The notes below the pieces were generated by a model. That model did no database searches. It had not been told where the DNA came from and saw only the letters and a list, made by a program, of their open reading frames with translations. A stretch of 64,000 bases of DNA from contig NC_135664.1 in assembly GCF_964188315.1 (NCBI RefSeq), positions 77,624,001 to 77,688,000 on the forward strand, written 5' to 3'. This document shows, one piece after another, positions 24,901 to 36,100 of the stretch (the stretch's first letter is position 1; the number at the start of each line of letters is the position of its first letter). Position numbers and translations under genes: made by a program. The DNA comes from Podarcis muralis. Its lineage: Eukaryota.

Positions 24901-24981
24901 CGGCTCTGGCTTCTGAAGGGCCAGTTGGGACTTCAGGAATCCGCCCCCATGAACCCCAGCAGCCCCCACAGCTATGGGTGA
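17398..24981 (+). CDS. ADM2: Adrenomedullin-2/intermedin precursor, join(17398..17546,24588..24981), 180 aa
   Basis: Kozak gccgccATG and hydrophobic signal peptide; donor CAG|GTGAGT at 17546; acceptor ttgcag| at 24587 with matching phase 2. C-terminus RVGCALGTCQVQNLSHRLWLLKGQLGLQESAPMNPSSPHSYG* is the diagnostic AM2 mature peptide with amidation Gly. Confidence 0.96.
18480..18631 (-). mobile_element. tRNA-Asn-headed SINE with CR1-derived tail
   Basis: Minus strand tggcgcaat...ggctgttaacc..aggtt.gtggttcaagcccacc is a tRNA-Asn(GTT) head fused directly to a CR1 3' tail. Confidence 0.8.
19002..19044. repeat. (GA)n microsatellite
   Basis: Read directly from the sequence. Confidence 0.95.
20737..20813. 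repeat. (CT)n(CCCT)n(GT)n compound microsatellite
   Basis: Read directly from the sequence. Confidence 0.95.
21090..21840 (+). mobile_element. Degenerate CR1 ORF2 fragment in the ADM2 intron, ending at a (CT)n(CA)n microsatellite
   Basis: YLDFSKTFDKV, ENWAETNRMK, RNDLGVLV and KADAILGCI motifs. Confidence 0.75.
21845..21930. repeat. (CT)n(CA)n compound microsatellite
   Basis: Read directly from the sequence. Confidence 0.95.
23660..24075 (-). mobile_element. L2 fragment
   Basis: AQFKVLMVAFQPLN motif. Confidence 0.6.
24588..24981 (+). CDS. ADM2: ADM2 coding exon 2 (prosegment and mature peptide)
   Basis: Contains the CALGTC ring, C-terminal SPHSYG and a TGA stop at 24979-24981. Confidence 0.96.
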
Positions 24982-25305
24982 GGGAAGCAACGGACTCCAG
25001 GACTGGAGAGGGTCTCCTGCCTTCCCCTGGCACATCTCGGAGCAGCTGCCCTGGCCTCTCTGGCAGTCTGGATGGGGGTTTCTGCACTGAAGGGAATCCC
25101 CCGCTGGAGGGGGCCGTGAAGAAGCAACCAGGGCCCAAGCCCTGACTAGAGCCGGCTGAGGGGTGTCTTGGCCATCTGATGGAAAGGAGCAAAGCAGCCG
25201 CCCCAGACCCCCCTGCAGGAGAGGCGGGTGCATATGAGGGCTGGAAGGACTGTGCACAATGTTACACCAAACACAACTCCTACACTTGCACTTGTTATGG
25301 AAAAT

Positions 25306-25413
25306 AATAAACATCTAAGTGATGGTCTTTCTTTTGCCAGGAGTTTTCATATGCATTTGGGGGTGGGCCTGAGGCCATGCCCATTTCTATGAGGAAGTAC
25401 CCCTCACAATAAA
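25306..25413 (+). terminator. ADM2: Candidate ADM2 polyadenylation signals (AATAAA at 25306 and 25408)
   Basis: Two AATAAA hexamers 325 and 427 nt after the stop codon. Confidence 0.55.
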
Positions 25414-25872
25414 AAGAAATGCCAGACTCCCCTCCCCTCCGGGTGTCCCTTGAGACTCGAGAAAGGCAGTCAGCCCAAGAGCCAAACACCCATCGAAGCA
25501 AACTGAAGGATGTGAGAGCAAGACAGCCTAGACCACCTTCCTTTTTATTTATTTATGCAATGTATTTCTATGTTGCTCTGCCATAAAACAACAGGGTGAT
25601 GTGCAGCAAAAAATGCAAACCATTTAAAAATGTTGGAGTTCCCATGGGGGGGGGGAGCACAGCCAGGGCCGGATTGAGGTTTGATGCGGCCCTCAGCTCC
25701 TGAAGGTAATGGGGCCCTATGTCCAGCTGTCCTTTGTCAACAACAAATTGTCGCTGTTTTTTGTGTTGAATATATGCTATATGGTAATTTATGGACCTAA
25801 CAGGCATCTCAGACCATTTGCACATGTTGCCAGGCTACCAGTCCATGCAGAATGGAGGCACCCTATATATAG

Positions 25873-26229
25873 GTAAAGGTAAAGGGACCCCTGACCGTTA
25901 GGTCCAGTCGCGGATGACTCTGGGGTTGCAGCGCTCATCTCGCTTTACTGTCCGAGGGAGCCAGTGTTTGTCCCCAGCTTCCGGGTCACGTGGTCAGCAG
26001 CACTAAGCCGCTTCTGGCGAACCAGAGCAGCGCACGGAAATGCTGTTTACCTTCTTGCCACAGTGGTACCTATTTATCTACTTGCACTTTGTGCTTTCAA
26101 ACTGCTAGGTTCTCAGGAGGTGGGACAGGGCAATGCGAGCTCACTCCGTTGCGGGGATTTGAACCGCCGACCTGCTGATTGGCATGCCTTAGGCTCAGTT
26201 GTTTAGACCAAAGTGCCACCCACGTCCCT
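25873..26229 (-). mobile_element. Sauria SINE nested in a MITE
   Basis: Full head-to-(accttt)n structure; 13-bp TSD accctatatatag (25860-25872, 26230-26242). Confidence 0.92.
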
Positions 26230-26559
26230 ACCCTATATATAGAAAAGAGCAAAGCAGTGATATTTGAGGGAGCAGGCTAGCAGGCGGGGCCCAGGACTTG
26301 CATCATAGGAGCTGACAAAACACAAAACACTGTTGCTGTATGTAAGTTTGATTTCATTTGTTTTTTATCTTATATTTTGGAAATGTGCACCCGGTTTCTC
26401 CACCCCTTTTGGGGGGGGGGGGTCCCAGGAGAGGGGGGCCCTAAGCTAGAGCCTGTTGAGCTTAGACGTAACCCCCCCCCCGGGAGCAGGCTCTGGGCGG
26501 GGGGCAAGGGGGAGAACTTTCTCTGGAGATCCCCTCCCGGAAGGGCCCCCCATCTGCTC

Positions 26560-27170
26560 GCCCCCCTTCCCAGGCGGATGCCCCGAGCAGCGAGGGAGAA
26601 GCGCCGCCCCGAGGGGACCCCCAGGGGCCATCTAGTCCCGCCCCGGCGAGGCCAGAGCTCCCCGGGGCCGGCGGGCCACCAGCTGCAGCGCAGGGCCGCC
26701 CCCGGGGGAAGAGGACGACGCCCGGCCCCCTCCGCCCGGACCCCGGAGCGACTCCTCGGGCTCCGCCGGGGAGGACCGGAAGGAGCCCGTGGGGCGACGG
26801 GGCTTCGGGCGAGACTCCGGAAGTGCGTCATCCCCGCGCGCCCCGGCGGGAAATTCAAAGCGGCGGCGGCGAGAGCGACGCGCACGAGGCTGCCTTCCTT
26901 CCCCCGTCGTCCCGCCGCCCGCTCTTCCCCGGCTGCTCCCCCGGAGCCGGGCGCGGAGAGCCAGCGCTGCCTTCCCTGGAAGACCCGGCCTCCCTGGCCT
27001 CGGTCTCTCTCGCCCGGCTTCCCGCTCGGCCCGATGGCGCAGCGGCGAGGGGTCTCGGCCGAAGAAGCCCGCCGGCCGAGGAGGAGCGCGGCGTAAGTAG
27101 CCCCCGGAGGGCGAGGCCCGGTCAGGGGCCCCTTTCAAGCGGGGCGGGTTCCTCCGGGTAGACAGCGGGA
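26560..27170 (+). promoter_or_regulatory. GCNA: GCNA CpG-island promoter: ETS (CCGGAAGT, 26817-26824), CRE half-site (GCGTCA), E2F/CDE-N4-CHR (GGCGG GAAA TTCAAA, 26845-26859)
   Basis: Motifs read directly from the sequence; no ATG between them and the start codon at 27034. Confidence 0.8.
27034..27092 (+). CDS. GCNA: GCNA coding exon 1
   Basis: MAQRRGVSAEEARRPRRSA; GTAAGT donor; inside the CpG island. Confidence 0.75.
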
Positions 27171-30100
27171 GAGGTCGGCCCCTTCGGCAGAATAGAAATA
27201 TGGGGGGGGGGGGGGGAGACACGCCTCTTCGTGGCTCAGGAGAAATGCTAAACTAATCAAGAGAAGGCGTTAGAAGCAAGTAACCAACAGCATTGAAAGG
27301 ATTAAGCACATTCATAGCACAGATTAACTAAAAAAATATATATCACATTTATTATGTTATTTGAATGTTCTTTTGGAGATATGGCCCAAATTCCATTGTC
27401 TGCGTTAGGCTGGGGTGTCTTATTTTATGTGTGTATGGTATGTTGCAACAACCCAATAAAAAGTAGAAAAAGAAATTGAAATATAACGACATCTATGTGT
27501 TTTAACCCCTTTTTGACGCCTTTAAATCTTTTAAGTAAATAGTGCTCAGTGGCATGAAGACATATATAGATGCTCTTCTGAAGAGAACTGGAATTGTGAA
27601 TAAAACATGGTTGCCAACCCTGGAAACAACCCTGGAGTAATTTCACTCTTACTCTTGCCTTTCCGTGTTGAAGATGAACACCTGGAACACGAGAAGAGCT
27701 GCTACTCCAGGCCAAAGGGTCCACCTGGTTTAGCCCCCCTCTTCTGCCAGTGGCCCCCCAGATGCCCCAATGGTGGAAGCCCCTGGGCAGAACCCAAGAG
27801 CCCTCTCCCCATTGGTGATTCCCAGCAACTGGTATTCGGAAGCATCGCTGCTCCAACAATGGAGGCAGAGCATCATCATTGTGGCTCATAGCCATCGATA
27901 GCCCTCTCCTGCTCCATGAATTTGTCCAATCCTCTTTTAAAGCCATCTAGTCTGGTGGCCATCACTGCCTCCTGTGGCAGGGAGTTCCAGAGTTTAACAG
28001 TTTCCACGCTTAGTGTTTCCTTCACCTGGCTGTAAATTCAAACAGCCTTTTGACTTCCAACACAGACGGGCAGCGGCATTGAGTTCTGAGGCCGCACTGA
28101 ACCTGCAGGCTCTTGAGAGACTCGCTCCCAGTGCTGAGGAGAGAGTCATCCACCAGAGCACTTCATAGCGAACCCATTGAAAAGCAGCCAGTCTCCCATC
28201 CTAAATTGGAAATGTCAGAACATTGTGTGCTCCCTGCCATATGCCACTGCAGTGAAGACTTTTGATCAAAGCTTCTTTCTGTGCATTTAGAATATGGCTG
28301 TGCAATGGCTAGCCACTTTCCTTTTACTGTTGTCTGCTTTTCAGCTCCACGAGTTCAGGCAGCGATGACGAGTTTGAAAACTGTAAGTAAAAGCTAATTT
28401 CCTCAGTGGGTCTAAAGATAAGTTATAGCACAAAACCCCCCTCAGAAAAAGCTACTTGTGTAGAAGAAGAAGAAGAAGAGTTTGGATTTGATATCCCACT
28501 TTATCACTACCCGAAGGAAAGCGGCTCACAATCTCCTTTCCCTTCTTCCCCACAACAAACACTCTGTGAGGTGAGTGGGGCTGAGAGACTTCAGAGAAGT
28601 GAAGCCTGGGGAAGGAGTTACCCTCTTTCTCCGGGTTGCACCAACCCAGAAACCTTTTCCTATGTACTGATAGGTTCCCTTTCCATTACACTTTTGCTCT
28701 CAACTAAAATTGGTTCTTCTGTTGCCTTTGGGGTTAACCTGGTCCCCAGCTTTATTGGGGTGCAGGGAGGCTTGTGTTTTCTTCAGACTGCTGCACTGTC
28801 AGCATCTCTTCTCACCCACCGAAAAGCATTTCTTCCCTTGACAGTCGGTCCTCTTTCTGCCATGGACCTGAGTCTCTTGGCCAAAGGTTTCTTCTCTCCT
28901 GTTCTGCAGCTACTGGGGTGAAGCCCTTTGCCAGGCAGGCAGATTCCCTTTCCCTTGAGCTCCGTAACAGATGCCACCTGCATATAGATGCCACCTAACA
29001 TTGAAACGCAGCACAACCTCTGAGTAGGACTTGGTGGGATGCCACCCCAGCACCTCAGGAGGGCAGGCTCTGTGTGTAGCATCGGGGGGGGGGGGGGCTC
29101 AGCAGCAACCTGCCACCTGCTTCTGACTAATTTTGGGTCAGTGGATGGGAGGAGGAGGAGCCCGTCTGTAAAGGCGAGTGAGCCTGACAGTTTAACCTGT
29201 GACTCGTCTCTGGTGGGTCCTCCTGGGGGCCCCAGAGCCAGCGTCTCCTTTGAGGTCTTTCTGCTGGGATCAGCTTCATGCTGGCATCTGAGCCCCTTGA
29301 ATGTGGACCCTGTTCCTTCATCCCTCGTTTCATTTCAACGCTGGCTAGTTTTTGAAGCTGCCACCTTTGTGGGCTTTAGAAGAACAGATTTCAGGAAACA
29401 AAAAAGTGACATTTCTCCCCCTTTCATGGTTTTGACTTAGTTTTATCTAGAATGAAGACCCCCAGACCTGCAACATGCTGCGTTCCAAGGACACAGAGCA
29501 GGTGGGTTCTGCCCAAGGGGGGAGGGCTGGGGTGGGGTTTTTCAAACGGAGAATTGGAAATTGTTTCAGCTGCCTTAAAGTGAGTAGAGTTCTGACTTGG
29601 CATGTGAATTACATAATTGGAATTTGAATTACATAAGCCCACAACTTACACACCTTTAATTTGTGTGTGTTCAGATTCATGCCCTTGGCATGCATAAATA
29701 AATAAATAAGGTAGGTAGGTAGGTAGGTAAATAGAGAGGAGGTGGGCATCCGGGAAAAAAGACTTTGGCAACCCCACCCACCACTGAGCCCAGTATCTGT
29801 TTGGACTATACAAGATGTTGTCTTCAGGCATGATCCTGGAATGCAACCCTTGTGTAAGTTGTGGGCTTACTGTATATTTCACAAGCAAGACCAAAGACTT
29901 GTTCTGCACCCTTCTTTGCCTTCTGACGCTGCTCCCTTTGTCTCTTGTGTCCCAGACTGGATGATTCCAAGGATGATTTCTTCACGTACCTCACAAGCAA
30001 ATATGGATCTGGCAAAAAAGGCAAGTGATCATGGAAAGACCCAGCTGCCAGCCGGAGGAGGCCGGGTGAGCTGTCCTGGTCCAAGGCAGGCCATCCATGT

Positions 30101-33100
30101 GTTTGTCCAGGGAGCAGAGTAGCATCTGGGTGGGGTGGGGTGGGGGGGTTCCCACTTCAAAATGCCTGTTTTCTCCCCCCCCCCCCGGCTGCGTTTTGCC
30201 ATCTCAGCTGGGCTGATGCGGCCCACGCAAGAAACCTGCTCCCTCCCTGGGGACCCTGCGGAGCTCTGAACCTGGGGAGCAGTTGGTGGCCTCCTTTCAC
30301 CCCACAGGAGTGCAGGAATTTGGGCCCCATGTCGGGGCGATATGAGATGGTTGGGGGCACTCACCTTGCTGTGATTTTATTTGCATGCCACCCTTCCACA
30401 GTTCAAACCATGCTCAAGGCAGCTTACAACATAAAAAAGTATATGACTCCAACACAACAAAAGTAGCCATAAACGATACGTAGAACCTTACAAAATACAA
30501 AACCAAACTGAACAGTTTCCACATAAATCACAACCAAATCTAAAATAAGGATCCCCCCCCCCAAAAGCAGCCATAACCGCCTGCCCAAACTAAAAGGCCC
30601 AAGCAACACCCCAGCCCAAGAGCCTTCAGAGCTGAGTTGGTGCACTCTCATGGTCTCTAAATGCAGTGATTGATCTGCTCAGTTTGGCTCCCAAGAAGCG
30701 CCTGTGAAATGTTCTTTGCTGACTTGCAGGGCCGAGGTCTGCTCAGGCGCAAGAGGAGCCTGGGGCGCCTGGAAAGGAAGCTGCTCCCTCTGCCTCGTTT
30801 CTGCCTCGCCTTGTGTTCAGTGAGACTGACAGCGATGATGACGACGACGACTCCGTCTTTGCCAAAGGCACCCCAGGGAACCCCCAGCAGCCCAGACGAG
30901 CGTGTCAGGCCTCAAAGTGGACCTGGAGGAGCTTGCAACGCCCTGTCGCTCGCAGGGGCAGCCCCGACTCTCCCTTGCGCGAGGGGGAAAGGAGTTGCTG
31001 CACGGATCAGTCTGGAGGCACCGCCCAGAGCCAGGAGACAAGAGCAAGCGCTGCGCTGGGATCCGACACCTCCTCCGACGAGGAGGAGATGGACAGCCTC
31101 CTGGTGCGCCTGAAGCAGAAGATGGTCCTTTCTGCAAGGAAGGCGGCGGCGGCAGACCCCAAGGGAGCCACTGGTAAGAGGCAGCTCTGCTCCCCCCTCA
31201 GGAGGGGCCCGGGGGGTAGGAGGAGGGGGCTTCCAGGGTCCTCCCTCCCTCAAACCCCGTGGCCACCATTCAGAGATCGCTGTAGCTTTGGTCCTCAGTT
31301 TGGTTGGGGGAGGAATGCGGGTGGCTTTGTGGGTTAAACCACAGAGCCTAGGGCTTGCCGATCAGAAGGTCGGCGGTTCGAATCCCCATGACGGGGTGAG
31401 CTCCTGTTGCTCGGTCCCTGCTCCTGCCCACCTAGCAGTTCGAAAGCACGTCAGAGTGCAAGTAGATACATAGGTACCTCTCCGGCGGGAAGGTAAACGG
31501 TGTTTCTGTGCTCTGCTCTGGTTCTCCAGAAGCGGCTTAGTCATGCTGGCCACATGAGCCGGAAGCTGCACGCCGGCTCCCTTGGCCAGTAAAGCGAGAT
31601 GAGTGCCGCAACCCCAGAGTCGGTCACGATTGGGCCTAATAGTCAGGGGTCCCTTTACCTTCAGTTTTACCTTGGTTGGTGGAAAGAAAGTGGGGAAGTG
31701 TTTTGTGCAGACGTAATGTTATTTTTCAAAAGAGGAAAGGCTGGGGACCCTCATTCTTTCTCGGGAAGGAGAGTGAAGGCAGGCTGGGTCCTCAGCACCC
31801 ACTTAACACCTTTGGGGGGGTGCAGGGCAAAGGGGGAGATTTCCTGAAACTGCAGCTGTAGGACCTTATTTGCCTTGGGGAAAGTGGGAGCTTGAGGGGA
31901 AAGGGAGCTTTCTGTATGAGGGAGAAGAGCGAGAGCCAGCTAGACTGGACTCCCCCCCCCCCCCGCCAAGGTAACTGAGAAACCATCTCGGGCTGGATCC
32001 CCTGCTGCTTGGGGCAGGTGTCCACAGGTGGCGGGTTGCACATCTCTTTGCCTGCGAGGCTCTCCGTACAGGAGCCGTGAATAAGTGTCCTCCATGAGTA
32101 CATTCTCCCTGAGCTTGAAAACAATCTGCAGGACTATTCCCCTCACCCCCAGTCCTCTTCACACTGTCGTATCATTAGAAATATCCTCATTTTAGGTAAT
32201 GTTAGCCCAGTCCTGGTCCTGAGGACCATTGGCTTCAGAAGTGTGTGGAAACAGGGAACTGGCTGCTGTTCATTGGACTGGTGACGGGTCAGAAGAGGTT
32301 GGGGTTTGCCAGAGGGCCCTGATAAAGCGCCGTGTGGGGGATGTGGGAATGTTCAGAGAGACAGGAGAGGATATATTGTTTAATAATGTCCTTCCCAACT
32401 TGTGTTAACAAGTTCTATAATTTAGCAAAGTAACATTCCCCTTTTAAACTTTTACAGCGGATAGGTTTGCCAGGCTTGTATAAGTTTCCTGGTAAAGCCC
32501 CTTTTATTCCCTCTTAAAAGAGTAGACACAACATAGTCTTATATAAAAGTAAAAAATAGTTTACTCACACATCTTGTTCGCAAATGGATCCCAGAAGGCA
32601 GACTTAAGTTACAAAATATATACACCTGGAATCTATCCCATAAGGAGAAAGTTCCTTTGTACTCTCTTGGCTGGAAGCATCTCAGGCTAAGGAGATGTTG
32701 CTTCTTTGAGGAATGGAGTCAGAGAGAGAGATGGCTGCCTCCCCTGTGCTCTTTTGTAACCTGCACAGGTGAGGTCGCGCCCACCTCTGGTCACATGTAG
32801 AGGAAGTCGGTCCCAGCCCAGGAGGAAACAGGAAGTTCCGACTGGCTGGTTCAGAACCCCCTTTTTATTTCCACTCTAGGAATGTTGTATTTGACAGCTC
32901 TGTGTTTCACACCCCACGGGGGACGTGGCTGGGCTGAGTGTCCAGGAGAGTTGTCTTCCTCCGCCTCCCGTAAGGGTGCAAGTCCTCTGGGTCACCTGAA
33001 GGGTTCAGGGCAGGCAGAAGTGCTGCTTCTGCTTTGCACCAGGTGTTCGCTGACCCTCTTGCGGGATATGGGGGTGGCCATGGGCTCAGCTAGCGCTAGA

Positions 33101-36100
33101 GGGGGCTAAGCCAAGCTTAGGGAGCCCAGCCAGGCCTGTCGAGGCAGATCTTGCTCACGAGGGCTGAGCGGAACCTGCCAGAGGAGAAGCCGGCCTGCCT
33201 GGATCGCGGGTGTCAGAAGTGAGCAGCAAAGAAGGGCTCGGAATTGTTCTGCACGAGGAGCAGGCACTTGGGACGGGGTAGCTGGGCCAGGTGGGCCTTT
33301 GCTTGGGCCCTGCAGATGTTTTACGCTGCCAGACACTTGATTGGGGAGCAGAAAGGGCTTGTGAAGCTGTTTGGCCATGTGCTTTGCCCTGGCTTCCACT
33401 TGGGGCCTTGTCTGCCTGTGCTGAACCTTTGGCTTGTGATTGGTAGAGAGAAGAAACGTCCCGCCTCCCCTTGGAAGCGCCCGCCCGGCTGTGAAGAGCG
33501 AGAGCGCCCTTCCCACGCGGCCCAGATCGCCTCTTCCGGCCACGCCGATCTCTGTGCGAGCTCCGAAGAGCAAGGTGCTCGGTGACATCACCCCGTCCCA
33601 CCAGACGCAGATGAGGTGAGCTCCTCTTTTGCTCATGCCTCTGTTCCCAGCTTTGGACTCTGGCAAAGCAGCTGGCCCAGGCCTGAAGTGGCGAGCCTGG
33701 AAGAACCAGCAAGCCCAGCACCTCCTCCCTGAGGGCATGCCCTCTGCCTTCCATTCGCAGCCTGCAGACTGGGATGCACGTTCTGGATCCGGACCCCAGT
33801 GTCAGTGGCTTCCATACAGGAGCTGCAGAAAAATGTGGTTGCTCAAGGCAGCCCTGGACTCAGAAAGGTTGGCAACCTCTGGACTAGTCCCTGGCGAGTC
33901 TCATAGAGGGAGCCTGGGCTGCCCTTTCCTTCCCTCTCATGGGTCTTTGCCTCCTCAGGAGTTCCTGCCAGGTGCAGGGCTGCTTCTTGCAAGAGCTGTC
34001 CGACCCAGAATCCCAGCACTCTAAGCATTTCCGGAGAAGGAAGGGGGAGCTGGCCCAGAACCTCTATGATTTCTACAACCGTTCCGTGTTTGAGCAAAAG
34101 GTACAGAGCTGGAATGGGGTTGTTTCTGCTCCAAGCAGATGGGCTGCTGGGTCTGGGTTCTGCTCGTGGCTGCTGACCCCTTGTCTCTCCTCCTATGGAT
34201 CCTGTGGCCTCTTGAGAGGGTTTGGGAAAGGGGGCAGGAGGGCAGCAGCGAGAGGTTCCTTGCCTGCTATATGAGCTGCCTCTGGACTCTTGCCTGGATT
34301 CCTGCATCAGCAAAGCTGAAGTAAAGAGTCACGCGACTGAGTGGGGGCTGTGCAAAAGCAATGCTGGGCTCTACAGTCCAGTAATGCTGGGCTCTACAGG
34401 CTCCCTACTTTGAAACCAAAGAGAAGACCGAGAGGAAGATTGTCTGGTCTCTGCTCCTCCGCAGAGCCAAGCTGCACAAAGAGGGCTTAGCGCACGCCTG
34501 CCCTGGGGAGTCAGTGAAACGAAAGAGCACAGGGAGTGTTGTGAAAGGCCAGCCGGCCGGGCTCCCCTTGTCTCTGGCCAGCCTGGCCCTCAGCTCAGAA
34601 GTCAGGAGTGTGGCTCCAGGGCCGGGTAGGAGCTAAGCTGCTTCTCCCCCTTGTCCTTTCAGTTGCCAGAGAATATGGAGATTGTCTGGAACAAAAAGAT
34701 GCGGAAAACTGCCGGGTGCTGTGTGAGTGGCCAGCTGAAGGGCCCTGAGGGGCAGCGCTATGCCCGGATAATGCTGTCAGAGAAAGTCTGTGACTCTGCA
34801 GGCAAGTGGGGGGGGGAGGGGTCTTCCTGGGGTCCTGAGGCTAATGCTGCGTTTGGATGGCATCGCACAGATTCAGAAAGGAGCTTTGAGGTTGAAGAAG
34901 TAGAGGGGAGAGTAGTGGTATTCTTTTTATTTCCTTGCATCCAAATCCCACCTTTCTTCCACCCTGGAGCTCAAGGGGGGGGGGTCTATGTGGCTCCCAG
35001 GCTGTCACCCATCCAGGCACTGATCAGGCTCAGATTTGCTTGATCTCAGTAAGGGTGGGGCCTTATCCCAGGTCACATCCTGCTCCCCACCATAGTAGAA
35101 GACGTGTCTTGATTACTGGCTTGGGACATTATCCCAAGCATTCCTCTTTGTAAACTCTAGCGTGAATGCCATGCTGTCAATCAAGACCCCAGGGGTCACA
35201 ATGTATTGACAGGCCTTGACCAAGCGTGGCAGGTGCAGCCTGTCTTCCCTTGCCCTGCTGGTTCTCTGGTCTCCTGGATAGGCTTGTTCAAGGAAGTGCA
35301 AGGGAAAAAGGGTCACTCAAGGTGTGGGAAGCTGGTGAGTGGGGATAGGCGATATATTGATATATCATCCAAAACCGGTTTGAAGTCCATTTTGTGATAT
35401 TGGTTTCATAATTCTTGATCTGACTATATATCGCAAATCGTCTCTGTGTGTTATGCAAAAATGCGGGGGAAACTGTGAAGCCAGCCAATGCCTCTCCATA
35501 GCTCCATCCTTATTTCAGGCGCTGTGATATGTCACTATATTGCAGTTTAGCTGGGGATATCTTGTGATTTGGAAAGCCAGAGATGGCCCAGCCCTGGTGG
35601 TGAGCCTGGTGCATGTGCGCCTGCGCATCAACTGGAATCGTGTCTCCTCGCTCCATGCCTCTCCTGTCTTGCGCAGATCGACTCCGGGACACTCTGATCC
35701 ACGAACTGTGCCACGCAGCTGCCTGGCTGATCCACGGGGTCCGAGACGGCCACGGCCGGTTTTGGCGCTTATATGCAAAGAAGTCGGCTGTGGTCCACCC
35801 AGAGCTCCCAGTGGTGTCGCGATGCCACAACTATGAGATCAAGTACAAGTTCACCTACGAGTGCTGCCGGTGCAAAAACACGTGAGTGAGGATCAGGGCC
35901 TGTTCCTGGTGAGGCATTTGAGCCCCGGTGTGCGATCCCGGCTCAGCTATTGTAGCTAGTCCTGAGTGAGACCCATATCCTGTTCGAAGAGAGTCTCTGC
36001 ATCTGCTAGTGACTCTAAGAATCTCCAGCTTTCCAGGGCCCTGATCCTGTAAGCCCTCATGGTTTTGTGGGCTAACCCCACAGAAGGTGATCAGACCCCA

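Noticed and set aside
28787-28917. Candidate extra GCNA exon
   Set aside because: 131 nt would break the frame that exons 2 and 3 otherwise join cleanly; the donor is weak.
30821-30821. Alternative acceptor for GCNA exon 5
   Set aside because: It needs phase 2, whereas exon 4 ends in phase 1; the 30730 acceptor keeps the frame.
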